NCBI GenBank assembly: GCA_012401045.1
Contig: GCA_012401045.1_4704.2
DNA from: a phage
Length of the DNA stretch: 64,000 bases
Reading direction: 5' to 3' (one strand)
The position numbers and the translations under genes are program-made. Positions 33,876-43,365 of the stretch are shown here, in pieces (the stretch's first letter is position 1; every line of letters begins with the position of its first letter). The notes beneath the pieces were generated by a model. That model worked only from the letters and a program-made list of their open reading frames with translations, was not told where the DNA came from and did not search any database.

Positions 33876-36743
33876 ATGAGTAATAATGACGTTGCGAAGG
33901 CACTCATGAACAAATTTGTCGCTCCTGCTCCGCAGTCACGTCTTTATAATACACGTGATGCGGAAGGAGCGAACGGTCGTTTCGGGTTAGTTGTTCCCGA
34001 CCAAATGACGATGAACACGGTTACGCGTGCGACCGCGACAAACATCGAGGATAATAAAAACATCCTCGAGTTGTTCCCTGAACTTAAACGTGTGATGCAG
34101 ATCTACGTTGCCGCGTTGACGAACCCTAACGATCTTAAGACGGTCGAGATGTTTATCGATAGCGAAGATTTCCCCGGCAGAGTCGCAGAAATCGTTCAGC
34201 CGATGATCGATACCATCGACACGCATTTTAAGAATATCTATAAAATAAAGACGCTTATCCCTCGTATCATCGAAGACGTCTTCTTTATCAAGGGCAGTTA
34301 TAACTTCGTTGTTCTGCCGGAAAGCACGCTCGACCGCGCCATTAATGGTAACGGTCAACTGAAACTTGAAGAATACGGATTTAAAGACAACCATTTTGCA
34401 AGTTGGGGGCTTCTAGGTAACGACAGTCGCAAACGCCACGAAAATCAATTACCTGCGACGGTTTCGATGGAAGATTATTTCTCGGGTGTTAATGAAACCA
34501 TACCGTACGATCCTGTTGTTCGCATAGACAGCATCAAGTTTACCAATACCCTGCTTCGCGATAAGGACGGTAAATTCATTGAAGCGAAGATCGATATTCC
34601 GGATATGGTTACGGTTGTCGATAACCCAGACATCCTCCGCATGCCTATTCTGCATCAACGTCGAGCAGCGACAGCAGTGCAGCGTGCGTTACGCGCAAAC
34701 ACGTTAGGAGGTAGTGGTTTGGTAACGCTGTCAGGCGATCCGACCCTAACCGCTAACCGACGTGAGCTGTCGCAAGAACAGGTTAACGAGATCTGGAATA
34801 AGCTCAACATCCAGCGCCACACCAAGGTATCGCCCGTTTACGCGCTGGCAACCCCAGATACGCTTGATCGTCAAAGCGTTGGCCATCCTGGCGTGATGCA
34901 TGTACCACCTGAGGCATTAGAACCCGTACATGCGCCCGGTGATCCTGAGAACCATATCGGGTATTTGGTTCAGTTGGATGAGTTTGGTTATCCAGTACGT
35001 TTGGTTGAAGATGCGGCGTATTACAAGCAGTTGGAAGGTCGGTTGTCGAAGATCACCGCAGATATCGCAGGTACGTCAAGCAACGGCATGGCGAGCGAGA
35101 TGATTGGTGCAGCCAAGAACATGATCCAGGGTACGTCATGTAATCAGGTAGACATGTCGGCCTTCGTATCATCGTACGAATCGCTGATGCAACGTTACAT
35201 TGTCGAACGTATCGTTAACGGTTATCTTGGCAGTGCGGTGGAGATCGGTGCGACATCATCGTTTTATCTGTCGATGCTTGCTCGTAGCCTCGCTCACAAG
35301 CAGACCCGTGTTTTGTTTATTCCTCGAGAGATGGTGACTTACATCGCTTATGAATACAACAAATACGGTATCGGTCGTTCGCTGCTTGAAAGTACGAAGA
35401 TGATCTCATCGCAACGAGCCATGCTCATGGTTCAAGAACTGATGGCGAAAATCAAAAGTTCGTTGAACTATACGACGCTAAGCGTAATGCTTGAAGACAC
35501 CGACAGAAACCCGGTCGATACCGTCGAACAAGCGCTGCATAGTTTCGCTCGTGTCTACCAGTCTGGTTTCCCTCTGGGTGAAACTAACCCGATGGATATC
35601 ATCAACGCGTACGAACGAAGCTCGATTCGATTGAAGGTTGAGGGGAATAACCCACGCTTCCCGAAATTGAATACAGACGTCAGTGTTGAGCAGCGTAACT
35701 ATCAGTCTCCTGATAATGAGCTGATGGATCGTTACCGTCGTGACCATTTCATGGGCTTGGGTGTGTCTCCGGAGATTATCGATACTTCCTACCAATCTGA
35801 ATTCGCAGCTTCTGTGATTACAGCTAACGCGATGCAAGAGAAACAGTTCACGGTTTGTCGTGAGGTGATCACGAATGGGTTATCGGACCACATCAAGAAA
35901 TATACGGCATACAGTCCCGTGTTGTTGACGTCGTTACGAAACACGGTTCGTGCGAACATGTCTAAGCTCTCCCAGGCACAATTGAAGCAGCTTTTTGGTA
36001 GCGATTTCGAAAACGGTGTTATCCGTAACGTTAACGCCTATCAGGAGATTGACGACCAATCAGCAACAATGGATCTGGATTACACTAAACCAGAAGTCCA
36101 GGAAGTTATTGCCGATGCTTATGTGTCCATGTTCTTAAACAGCCTGCGTGTGCGTTTACCGGATAGCAATGCCCGTCGCCTTGAAGATCAGGTACGTGAA
36201 TATAATCAGTACAAGGAAGCGATTACTGCGCAACTTGATGATTATTTAACGCCTGATTACGTCATGGGTCTGGGTGGGGTTGATGAAACAACGCTGCAGA
36301 TGATCCGCGCATGCATTATTGGTACCGCGATGCGTACGTGGGCAAAAGAGAACAACTTCAATCAGGAGCTGGCTGATCTCTTCAGTCTTGACGATAAGAA
36401 GAATGCCGTGCAAGATTGGAAACGTATGTCCATGGAACATATTGAAGTCATGGGTAAATGCATGGGTGATTTTGCATTGTATATTCAGAATCTGACGAAG
36501 AAGATTGAAGAGAAGATGGGAGCTCAAGCACAGGACGGTAGCGTTTCATCTGATGGTTCGTGGTCATCCGATTCAAGTAGCGATACCGGTTCTTCTGATG
36601 ACTTCGGTGGCGGTGACGATTTCGGAGATACCGATTTCGATACCGAAACGATGGAGGAAACCTCAACAGAAGAAACAACCACATCTGAGGATACGACGAC
36701 CGACACAACGTCAGAAGACGATACTTCAGGTGACATTGTCTAA
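33834..36743 (+). CDS. portal protein candidate (969 aa) with acidic Ser/Thr/Asp-rich C-terminal tail
   Basis: Size and highly acidic low-complexity C-terminus typical of portals; ATG with AAGGAG SD; not confirmed by search. Confidence 0.35.
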   Translation: MNDINKGRVALERQMSNNDVAKALMNKFVAPAPQSRLYNTRDAEGANGRFGLVVPDQMTMNTVTRATATNIEDNKNILELFPELKRVMQIYVAALTNPNDLKTVEMFIDSEDFPGRVAEIVQPMIDTIDTHFKNIYKIKTLIPRIIEDVFFIKGSYNFVVLPESTLDRAINGNGQLKLEEYGFKDNHFASWGLLGNDSRKRHENQLPATVSMEDYFSGVNETIPYDPVVRIDSIKFTNTLLRDKDGKFIEAKIDIPDMVTVVDNPDILRMPILHQRRAATAVQRALRANTLGGSGLVTLSGDPTLTANRRELSQEQVNEIWNKLNIQRHTKVSPVYALATPDTLDRQSVGHPGVMHVPPEALEPVHAPGDPENHIGYLVQLDEFGYPVRLVEDAAYYKQLEGRLSKITADIAGTSSNGMASEMIGAAKNMIQGTSCNQVDMSAFVSSYESLMQRYIVERIVNGYLGSAVEIGATSSFYLSMLARSLAHKQTRVLFIPREMVTYIAYEYNKYGIGRSLLESTKMISSQRAMLMVQELMAKIKSSLNYTTLSVMLEDTDRNPVDTVEQALHSFARVYQSGFPLGETNPMDIINAYERSSIRLKVEGNNPRFPKLNTDVSVEQRNYQSPDNELMDRYRRDHFMGLGVSPEIIDTSYQSEFAASVITANAMQEKQFTVCREVITNGLSDHIKKYTAYSPVLLTSLRNTVRANMSKLSQAQLKQLFGSDFENGVIRNVNAYQEIDDQSATMDLDYTKPEVQEVIADAYVSMFLNSLRVRLPDSNARRLEDQVREYNQYKEAITAQLDDYLTPDYVMGLGGVDETTLQMIRACIIGTAMRTWAKENNFNQELADLFSLDDKKNAVQDWKRMSMEHIEVMGKCMGDFALYIQNLTKKIEEKMGAQAQDGSVSSDGSWSSDSSSDTGSSDDFGGGDDFGDTDFDTETMEETSTEETTTSEDTTTDTTSEDDTSGDIV

Positions 36744-36773
36744 ACGGATGTAAAAAAAATAACACATAGTTAA

Positions 36774-36809
36774 CCTTCTCCCCAACCCGATGAGGGAAGG
36801 GGAGAAGGG
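36774..36809 (+). terminator. conserved GC-rich hairpin family variant followed by T-rich tract
   Basis: CCTTCTCCCC-AACCC-GATGA-GGGAA-GGGGAGAAGG then CTATGCGCTATTTAATTTATT. Confidence 0.5.
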
Positions 36810-36828
36810 CTATGCGCTATTTAATTTA

Positions 36829-37101
36829 TTACGAGGTTAACCACGATTCAATTGTGGTGAGTTTGCTTCTCAGTACGCGCCAACTAGGGTGTGGTGGGAT
36901 CACAGCGCCTTTGTCGATTACGGTTAGCTGAACCTGGTACTTCTGCTGCATACGCGCTACCGTGTCGCTTATCGAGAGGAAAAGCTGGTAACGTTCATAT
37001 GCCGTCAGTTCACTGTCCTGTTGAACTGCGTTGGCCGCTAACGTAATTTCGCGTAAGTCCTTTGCATCCACAGAGACGGTAATGAGTTTATATTGACTCA
37101 T
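36829..37101 (-). CDS. hypothetical small protein (90 aa)
   Basis: ORF convergent with the portal candidate. Confidence 0.4.
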   Translation of the reverse strand: MSQYKLITVSVDAKDLREITLAANAVQQDSELTAYERYQLFLSISDTVARMQQKYQVQLTVIDKGAVIPPHPSWRVLRSKLTTIESWLTS

Positions 37102-37162
37102 ACGGTTTCCTTATCAACTAGGGTATTGCAAATACAATACCCACCGTCGGACGATAAGTTAA

Positions 37163-39721
37163 TTACTGCTCTTCACGTTCCAGCAGATACTCGGAAGCGG
37201 TAATACCGTTTACCGTACGTACTGCTTTCAGACGAGTATCATCGCTCAGAATTACAGTAACAGATTGCAGACCTTTTACTTTGGTTTCGAAGGTCTTGAA
37301 CACCTGATCCAGCATACGAGCAATGCTTGGGTTGGTTGCAGCCGATGCGTGGGTGTAACCGCTCTGATTCAGCTTCAGAATCTTGGCGTTGGTCGGTACG
37401 CGAACAACAACATGCGGGCGCATCGCGAATACGCTGTGATTGAACCAGTAAGCGTCGTTACTATCTTCGTCGGTAACGATGTCTGGATTAACACGCATAT
37501 CCTCGACAGCCGCATCCGCCAAACGACGTTCGATTTCATCGGCGTCCAGAGAGCCATCTTTCTCCAGTTCTGCACGATACTCACTCATGGCAACCAGATG
37601 ACGTTCACGATTCGCTGCGGATTTTTCGTGAGCTGCTTTCAGGTAGTCATGCATGTTGTACAGTTCTGCCATGGAAAGACGAATGTTCCACTGACCTTCG
37701 CCGTCACGATTGCAGTAGAGACACTTCAGCATGTTGACCCAGGTATAGTAGCAATTGGAGAATTCATCTTCAATGAACTTCTGGTCCATTTTAAGATCGT
37801 GAATCAGCCAACCGGACAGTTCTCCGATATCATCAACGAAGCTAGAGATGGTGGTTTCAGAGAAGTTCTTCGGTACGATACGTTTGATCAGCTTATTGAC
37901 GTCTTTGGTCATGCTATCGTTCAGGAAATGCCAAATACGCAGAGGAATAACATCTCGATACTGTTGCATGATCTGACGATAAGCTTTGATATCGTCGCTA
38001 CGACCTTTATCAATAGACAACGCATCCAGGAATTCATGGATTGCATCCAGCTCTTTGTCGGTATAGGTTCCCAGATAGGAATTGACGGTGGCAAGGAATG
38101 CTAATGCGTCGTTTTGGTTGACGTCGGTGTTGGTCTGCTGAATGATTGCCACTGAAGCTTTGGTTTCAGCATCCTCAACGCTTGACGCTGCGATTGCGTC
38201 GGTGACGGTAAACAGTTTCATTTCGCGCTGCTCACCGACAACGATTGGCTCACGTTGAACCGGTTTGTTAAGACTAACACGAACAACTTCTGCTTGCGCG
38301 ATGCGATCCAGTTTTGCCATTTCCTGCTCTGCCATACGACGAGCGGTTGGATCTGATTCAAGTTCGATGTATTCCACTTCTTCCTCCGTGAGGGATGTAA
38401 TGTCAACAATGGTTTCATGAAGAATTCCGTTTTCGTCGATACGTGCTCGACGAGCGAAGTGCCTGAAGTCATACAACGTCGGCCAACGACTATTAGGTGC
38501 AAAGTCTTTGGCTTTCAGACGCATCTGCATAAATTCTTCATGTTGAACAACACGACCGTAACGCTTAGCATCTTCGGTCGCATCAATTGGATTAACGGTC
38601 TTTGTTACCGTAGCAGAACGAGCCGTACGAACGGGTTCCGGTTTCACCTGCGCAGGTTCAGGTTGAACGGGTTTCTGCTGCCCAGCCTTAACATGCCATT
38701 CTGGCTCTTCGTACTGTTCAGCAAACTGTTCAGCCGCTGCAAAGATATCGTTGATACCACCAATATCTCCTTCAGGATTTGTCGAGTAAATCCGTGGTTG
38801 TGGTGCCTCGTAACGCGGCGCTGTGTTAACAGGTACCTCATCAACGATAGGATCGTCATCACCAACATCATACAAACGGTTGAACGCACAATCCTTCGAA
38901 TCGATGTATGATGGCGCTTGTGGTTGGACAACCGTAGGTCGAGGTTGTGTGCCGTATCCTGGTGTTGTTGGAGCCATACCACGCATAACTGCAGGACTAG
39001 GTTGGTATTGCGGTTGTGGGTAGGTTCCACCATACATGGCGTACGCAGGCTGTTGTGGTTGACCATACCCGTTGCTAACCATCGCGCTTGCTTGCGGCCC
39101 ACGATAAGTCATCCCCATCTGCATCACCTGCTGCTTCAAACCACGTGATTTCTGAGCGATTTGCGCCAGGCTTCCGCTTTTATTCAGCTGCGTGTACTTA
39201 TTCGCGGCTTCCGGGTTAATGCGTGATAATTCAATCGCGCGATAATATTCCGGGTACTGATTCGGTTCAAAGAGCCACGTTACAAGATGATACAGCGCAA
39301 CTGTACTCACGGCAGCAGAGACGATCTGGTCATCGGACGCGTTCTGTGGCATCGGGTTGATGTAAGAGAACACGTTCCAACAACAGTCTTCAACAAGCGA
39401 TTCCATCATCATATCGTTATTGGTATAACGTGCGACGAACTCGGTTTGTATTTTGTCTTGCTGAGCGAAGTCTTTCAGGACATTAAAGATGGCTTGACGG
39501 ATTTTGACGATCGTCGCTTCTTGGGTGATGAAGTTATAGTTCTGCTGATATGAGGGTTGTTGGTATTGTGGTGGTTGATAGGCGTTATTCGGGTATGCGC
39601 CGTACGGCGATTGCTGATACTGTTGCTGACTAACCTGTTCAGCCGCATAATTAACCGTGCTCGTATAAGGGTTTTCGCTATAGCCCATTTGTTGATACAT
39701 GTTGTTACTGCCATTATACAT
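37163..39721 (-). CDS. hypothetical protein (852 aa) with Q/Y/P/N-rich low-complexity N-terminal region
   Basis: N-terminal about 60 aa and a second stretch around residues 200-270 rich in Q, Y, P, N, G (QQYQQSPYGAYPNNAYQPPQYQQPSYQQNY). Confidence 0.55.
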   Translation of the reverse strand: MYNGSNNMYQQMGYSENPYTSTVNYAAEQVSQQQYQQSPYGAYPNNAYQPPQYQQPSYQQNYNFITQEATIVKIRQAIFNVLKDFAQQDKIQTEFVARYTNNDMMMESLVEDCCWNVFSYINPMPQNASDDQIVSAAVSTVALYHLVTWLFEPNQYPEYYRAIELSRINPEAANKYTQLNKSGSLAQIAQKSRGLKQQVMQMGMTYRGPQASAMVSNGYGQPQQPAYAMYGGTYPQPQYQPSPAVMRGMAPTTPGYGTQPRPTVVQPQAPSYIDSKDCAFNRLYDVGDDDPIVDEVPVNTAPRYEAPQPRIYSTNPEGDIGGINDIFAAAEQFAEQYEEPEWHVKAGQQKPVQPEPAQVKPEPVRTARSATVTKTVNPIDATEDAKRYGRVVQHEEFMQMRLKAKDFAPNSRWPTLYDFRHFARRARIDENGILHETIVDITSLTEEEVEYIELESDPTARRMAEQEMAKLDRIAQAEVVRVSLNKPVQREPIVVGEQREMKLFTVTDAIAASSVEDAETKASVAIIQQTNTDVNQNDALAFLATVNSYLGTYTDKELDAIHEFLDALSIDKGRSDDIKAYRQIMQQYRDVIPLRIWHFLNDSMTKDVNKLIKRIVPKNFSETTISSFVDDIGELSGWLIHDLKMDQKFIEDEFSNCYYTWVNMLKCLYCNRDGEGQWNIRLSMAELYNMHDYLKAAHEKSAANRERHLVAMSEYRAELEKDGSLDADEIERRLADAAVEDMRVNPDIVTDEDSNDAYWFNHSVFAMRPHVVVRVPTNAKILKLNQSGYTHASAATNPSIARMLDQVFKTFETKVKGLQSVTVILSDDTRLKAVRTVNGITASEYLLEREEQ

Positions 39722-39755
39722 TTCTTACGATCCTTTTTATTTATTCGGTTATGTG

Positions 39756-41552
39756 TCAATCGATTATGTCACGATCGTTAATTTCTACAATTTCTTCATC
39801 GAATCGACCGACGTCTTTCTTCAAGCCTGCATTGGTTGCTGCAACGTCATTTGCAATTTGTGGGGTAATGATTAACCGACCGCGTTCGTCGATAGGTGCG
39901 TACATACTGAACTTCTGACGTCCGGTTGGTTCGGAGTGTGGAAGATTCAGATAGCTTGCGCAGAACGGGATGGAACCACTAACCAAACGACTCTCGTCAG
40001 CCAATGCAGCACCGCCTGCGTTTTGGCTCTGGAGAACAACATGCGTGCTCACTTTGAACAGCATGCAATCACCAGGTGACTGAATCGATGTTGCCACTTT
40101 CTCACGTTTGTCACGATTGCTCTGGATATTGAGAATCGCTTCCGTTGCAACTTGATTTCGCAACGCCTTCTGTACATCGCGATTGGTCATCTCTTTACGG
40201 TTGTTCTGTCGTTTACCACGCTCCGTGGTTTTAAGATGGAACCCCAGTTTAAAGATGCTCTTACGCACATCCTCCATGACATATTCCAACACCATCAATT
40301 CCTTACCGAACATCGTCGTGGTATCAACACGACTCATTTCGATAGTAACATTGTCAATCAGATAGGCCATAAATTCATAGAAGTCGTCGCAAGGAATATT
40401 TTCCTGTTTGAACTTCTTCTGCTGAATTTCGTCAACGTAAAGATCGAGACTGTCGATGTGGTGGTTTACATCACGCAACAAACGCGCATCCGCATTGTTG
40501 TTATTAAAGATAATCAAACCGAGTAATGTACGCCAATGGTCTGGCGCATTCGCGAACTCCTCAACCGGATAGTCTTCCGGAAAACGATCGTAATAACGGT
40601 CGATGAGATACAAGAATGCACCGACAAGGCCAAGAACAATACGTTCCGTGCCTCCACGTCTTACAGCAATTTGAATATCAGGATGTTTGTAACGTACAGC
40701 GCTAGCGCTACGACTTTTACCGCTTTTGCTGATACTAAAACCTTTAGGAATAACCCCCATGGTGCGATAGATTACCCATTGGTCACGCGGAAAATCGCGT
40801 TCAGCAAGGTTCCGTCCGGTTACGGCTTCGACACCTGCAAAACGTCGGAAACACTCACCCACCCCGTACTTCGCAAAGAGATAGTGACCCAGTGTGGTTA
40901 CGCTGGTGTGGTTGATGTTGTCACCGTTCACTTTACTTTGTTTGGTAAGATGATAGATTTGTGACCAGGGTAATGACAGGTAATGACGATAATCGATACC
41001 GGTCGGTGTATCATTGCTCAGGAACTGATACGGCGTACGTTTAACCGTGATTTTGTCACGCGGAAGCATGATGAACGCCATGTCTTTCGTGTAACTGATT
41101 ACCGGGTCAGCGAGCACTGCACTGAGAATGAAGTTCGCACCACGTAGACGCATTTTACCACCCTGACCTACCGCGGGTAATAGGAGAGGATGTCGGATAA
41201 TGCAGTAGTCCTTTCCGGGTTCACGACGGTCACCTGATTCCATCGCGCCGTACCAGCGGAATTCTAGCATCACCATAAACACATCGGATGGCGCAAGGTC
41301 GAAGGTCAGCTTACCGCTATCCTTCCCTTTGGTTTTCTTTCCTCCGCTTAAGTAGTGGAACTGTTCGCGGGCCATACAGCGACGCAGGCCATGATACACC
41401 AGATCCTTAGGTAAACTATCTTTGCTGTTCCGCCAAAGACGATCAACATAGGACTCAACATCTTGCATCTTATCGACGACGATGTTGCGTGCTATCTTCT
41501 CGTTCATCTTCGGTGCAAGCCCAGCGACAGCTTTGCAGAATCTAGGATCCAT
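39756..41552 (-). CDS. hypothetical protein (598 aa)
   Basis: ATG 41552 with AAAGGAG SD (track begins at GTG 41555). Confidence 0.55.
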   Translation of the reverse strand: MDPRFCKAVAGLAPKMNEKIARNIVVDKMQDVESYVDRLWRNSKDSLPKDLVYHGLRRCMAREQFHYLSGGKKTKGKDSGKLTFDLAPSDVFMVMLEFRWYGAMESGDRREPGKDYCIIRHPLLLPAVGQGGKMRLRGANFILSAVLADPVISYTKDMAFIMLPRDKITVKRTPYQFLSNDTPTGIDYRHYLSLPWSQIYHLTKQSKVNGDNINHTSVTTLGHYLFAKYGVGECFRRFAGVEAVTGRNLAERDFPRDQWVIYRTMGVIPKGFSISKSGKSRSASAVRYKHPDIQIAVRRGGTERIVLGLVGAFLYLIDRYYDRFPEDYPVEEFANAPDHWRTLLGLIIFNNNNADARLLRDVNHHIDSLDLYVDEIQQKKFKQENIPCDDFYEFMAYLIDNVTIEMSRVDTTTMFGKELMVLEYVMEDVRKSIFKLGFHLKTTERGKRQNNRKEMTNRDVQKALRNQVATEAILNIQSNRDKREKVATSIQSPGDCMLFKVSTHVVLQSQNAGGAALADESRLVSGSIPFCASYLNLPHSEPTGRQKFSMYAPIDERGRLIITPQIANDVAATNAGLKKDVGRFDEEIVEINDRDIID

Positions 41553-41591
41553 CACACACTCCTTTCAGAAAGTTGCTTAAGCAGATTAAAG

Positions 41592-43028
41592 TTACTTTTT
41601 CGATGACGCTTTCTCAAGAATCTTGAAAAAGGTCATACCTATACCGACAACGGCCGCGGTTATGCTCGCAGCGGCTTTCCAAACATCGACGTTACGTTGA
41701 CGTCGCGCTTCTTCCGCTTCACGTTGTCTTTTTGCCTCTTCATCACGTCGACGTATCTCAGCAGCAAACTCGTCGTGCTTACGTTTGGATTCTTCGTCTC
41801 GACGACGAAGTTCAGCGACGAATTCTTCATGTTTGCGTTTAGCCTCGTCGTCACGACGTTTTAAATCAGCTTGATAATCTTCGTGTATTTGTCTACGTAG
41901 ATCATCTTGACGCTTCATTTCGGCTTGGTGTTGTTCCATCCTACGTTTTTGTTCGTCTTTAAGCTGATCGAGTTCGGCTTTATGTTGTTCATCGCGCAGC
42001 TTTGCGTCGGCGCGATGCGCCTCATGCATCTGTGAGATAACTGCCTTGTGTTCATCCGCCATACGTCGCATTTCAGCCATCACCCCTTTAAGGGTTTCTT
42101 CTGATGCCTTACGTTCGTAGCTACGTTGGTCGAAATCATTTTTGTAGGCTTCTTTTTGGATGGGGTCGCGCCAATGCAATGCCGATTCACGTGTCGGAAA
42201 AACATTGTACTTCCACATCTCTTTTTCCAAATCTTCGACCGGTACGAAGATGGAGTCATTATTCCCGAAGGTAACCAACATGCCTGGCGCGCCTGCTCCA
42301 TTCGTTGGTTTTATTTCGAACGCTTTCCCCAACACGTTAACCCATAAGCTATACGGATTATGAAAGTCGGGCGGCGTCCAATGGATAGTGAGTTGCGTTC
42401 CGAGAATCCGGAAACCCTCTGTTTTTCCCGTCAAGCTCCGCGCGCACGTTGCGATGTAGGGGTGATCAATCCCTTTCGTAACGTGGTCTGCGCTTTTGTA
42501 TTCTCCTTTAACTTTTACGATTGCCACGTTGATTTGCGCGACATAAGCGGGTTGATTAAAGTTCAACGTGTTGAGGTCAATTTGACATATTTCATCCAGC
42601 GTATCGTACCAGTCTTGCTGGTCTAATAGACGCGGCATTTTCTCTGTGTTAACAATACGACGGATATGCGGTTTCCTTATCGCGTAACCTGTACCGTTTT
42701 TAACACGGAGTATATCCCGACGTCTACCCGCGTAGACGAAGTTTCTGAATGCACCATTCGCATTAGATACGTCATGGCTGTCAACTATTACAGGACTACG
42801 AAATTTTGAACGTCGTACGATCCTGAATGTATTGCCGTCCTCAACCCTACCAGGAATGTACTGGAACATATTGTCGGAGGTGATAACCAACACGGTATGG
42901 CCAGATTCATTAATACATGCCCATCCTAATTCCAGGTCATATAACGGTTCAGCATAACCGTCAATGCGATAAGCGTGCGTACCATCCCACGGTTCGAACG
43001 CGGTATCACATATTGGCATGGAGGGCAT
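41592..43028 (-). CDS. tail-anchored coiled-coil protein (about 478 aa): globular N-domain, KR/DE-rich repeat coiled coil, C-terminal TM helix
   Basis: Three tandem 17-aa repeats RRRDEE[AS]KRKH[DE]EF[VA]AE[LI]; C-terminal hydrophobic AAASITAAVVGIGMTFFKIL; ATG 43028 with GGAGG SD. Confidence 0.55.
   Translation of the reverse strand: MPSMPICDTAFEPWDGTHAYRIDGYAEPLYDLELGWACINESGHTVLVITSDNMFQYIPGRVEDGNTFRIVRRSKFRSPVIVDSHDVSNANGAFRNFVYAGRRRDILRVKNGTGYAIRKPHIRRIVNTEKMPRLLDQQDWYDTLDEICQIDLNTLNFNQPAYVAQINVAIVKVKGEYKSADHVTKGIDHPYIATCARSLTGKTEGFRILGTQLTIHWTPPDFHNPYSLWVNVLGKAFEIKPTNGAGAPGMLVTFGNNDSIFVPVEDLEKEMWKYNVFPTRESALHWRDPIQKEAYKNDFDQRSYERKASEETLKGVMAEMRRMADEHKAVISQMHEAHRADAKLRDEQHKAELDQLKDEQKRRMEQHQAEMKRQDDLRRQIHEDYQADLKRRDDEAKRKHEEFVAELRRRDEESKRKHDEFAAEIRRRDEEAKRQREAEEARRQRNVDVWKAAASITAAVVGIGMTFFKILEKASSKK
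41690..41850 (-). repeat. tandem about 51-nt coding repeats (3 units) inside the 41592-43028 gene
   Basis: Repeated ACGACGAAG...TTCTTCATGTTTGCGTTT units encoding the RRRDEEAKRKHEEF repeats; boundaries approximate. Confidence 0.4.
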
Positions 43029-43178
43029 CGTCAACCTCCATCAGATTGAAAACTATCACGCATAATACATTTCCCTTTTCTTGTTCTTATCGAGCCGACA
43101 GCCGACGGTTTCAGCATCGTTCCTAGCGCGAGAACGACCTTACGTGTTGTCTATGCCTTATTCATCGCAGGCGTCTGT

Positions 43179-43202
43179 CACCTAGGTAATGTAAGCGTCA
43201 AA
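43179..43202 (-). promoter_or_regulatory. conserved 24-bp promoter-like motif, copy 3 (variant TTTGACGCTTACATTACCTAGGTG)
   Basis: Downstream of capsid-gene hairpin and about 150 nt upstream of the 43028 start. Confidence 0.4.
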
Positions 43203-43236
43203 TTTTTTCTATTCGCAACGATAAACGGCATAGAAA

Positions 43237-43266
43237 CCTCCCCCAACCCTTGCGGGCTGAGGGAGG
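43237..43266 (-). terminator. GC-rich hairpin (family variant) downstream of the capsid-like gene
   Basis: Minus-strand CCTCCC...GGGAGG stem followed by TTTCTATGCC. Confidence 0.45.
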
Positions 43267-43365
43267 CTGACTTATGTATCACGGTGCCGGATGAATGTCC
43301 GGTGCAATGAAACCATCCGCAACGTTGTCATCAAGAATATCATCCAACGAAGCAGCTACGGTAGT

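Noticed and set aside
37265-38104. 279-aa plus-strand ORF
   Set aside because: Inside the 852-aa minus-strand gene; no RBS; antisense artefact.
42975-43000. tRNA-like GGTTCGAAC (T-loop-like) sequence
   Set aside because: Lies inside a coding region and has no flanking acceptor or anticodon stem complementarity; no convincing tRNA found anywhere in the window by eye.
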